A DNA stretch of 63,762 bases, counting the filler, from Chiloscyllium plagiosum (Eukaryota), in the NCBI RefSeq assembly GCF_004010195.1. It is 3 parts of one record of this genome, joined end to end, with 100 filler letters (N's around TTAATTAATTAA, not from the genome) between each part and the next. Parts side by side here need not be neighbours in the genome. Positions count along the whole stretch, not along the records: positions 58,569 to 63,762 come from NC_057716.1; 2 more parts are not named here. One strand, written 5' to 3'. The position numbers and the translations under genes were made by a program. The notes under the pieces are model-generated. The model saw nothing but the letters and a program-made list of their open reading frames with translations. It ran no database searches and was not told the origin of the DNA. Below are positions 63,462 to 63,762 of this stretch, piece after piece. Numbering within the stretch: position 1 is the first letter of the stretch; the number at the start of each line of letters is the position of its first letter.

Positions 63462-63762
63462 CAGTAACACAGGGCGCTGGGGGGGAGAGGGGTTACTGAG
63501 TGACAGTGTGAGGGAGCTGGATTAACATCAGTAGGGATACAGCCAGTAACACATGGCCCGGGGGGGGAGAGGGGTTACTGAGTGACAGTGTGAGGGAGCT
63601 GGATTAACATCAGTAGGGATACAGCCAGTAACACATGGCCCGGGGGGGGAGAGGGGTTACTGAGTGACAGTGTGAGGGAGCTGGATTAACATCAGTAGGG
63701 ATACAGCCAGTAACACATGGCCCGGGGGGGGAGAGGGGTTACTGAGTGACAGTGTGAGGGAG
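63462..63762. repeat. 82-bp G-rich minisatellite running off the window end
   Basis: cagtaacac starts at 63462, 63544, 63626 and 63708; units 2-4 appear identical. Confidence 0.95.

Overview
Repeat-dense vertebrate genomic DNA, most likely a shark. This is inferred from HE1/V-SINE-type SINEs, SacSINE1/Deu-type SINEs, abundant CR1 LINEs and Penelope-like elements. Two artificial 100-nt spacers (44 N + TTAATTAATTAA + 44 N) at 27958-28057 and 58469-58568 suggest the window is three concatenated pieces, so adjacency across them is unproven. The only host gene I can support is three consecutive minus-strand coding exons from the ABC domain of ABCB6 (6793-6967, 5607-5719, 4901-4995). The rest is mostly nested, decayed retroelements, a 24-bp satellite, an 82-bp minisatellite, a TA-flanked MITE and a 768-bp tandem duplication. 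The most interesting signal is about a dozen short Penelope-derived terminal repeats from at least three sequence families. Each carries a minimal type-I hammerhead ribozyme motif with covarying stems and a palindromic ACGU/AGCU 'stem III'. Several are foldback (hairpin) insertions flanked by 10-17 bp direct repeats. Hammerheads in Penelope-like elements are already known in general; activity of these copies is untested. Repeat boundaries were read by eye and are approximate.
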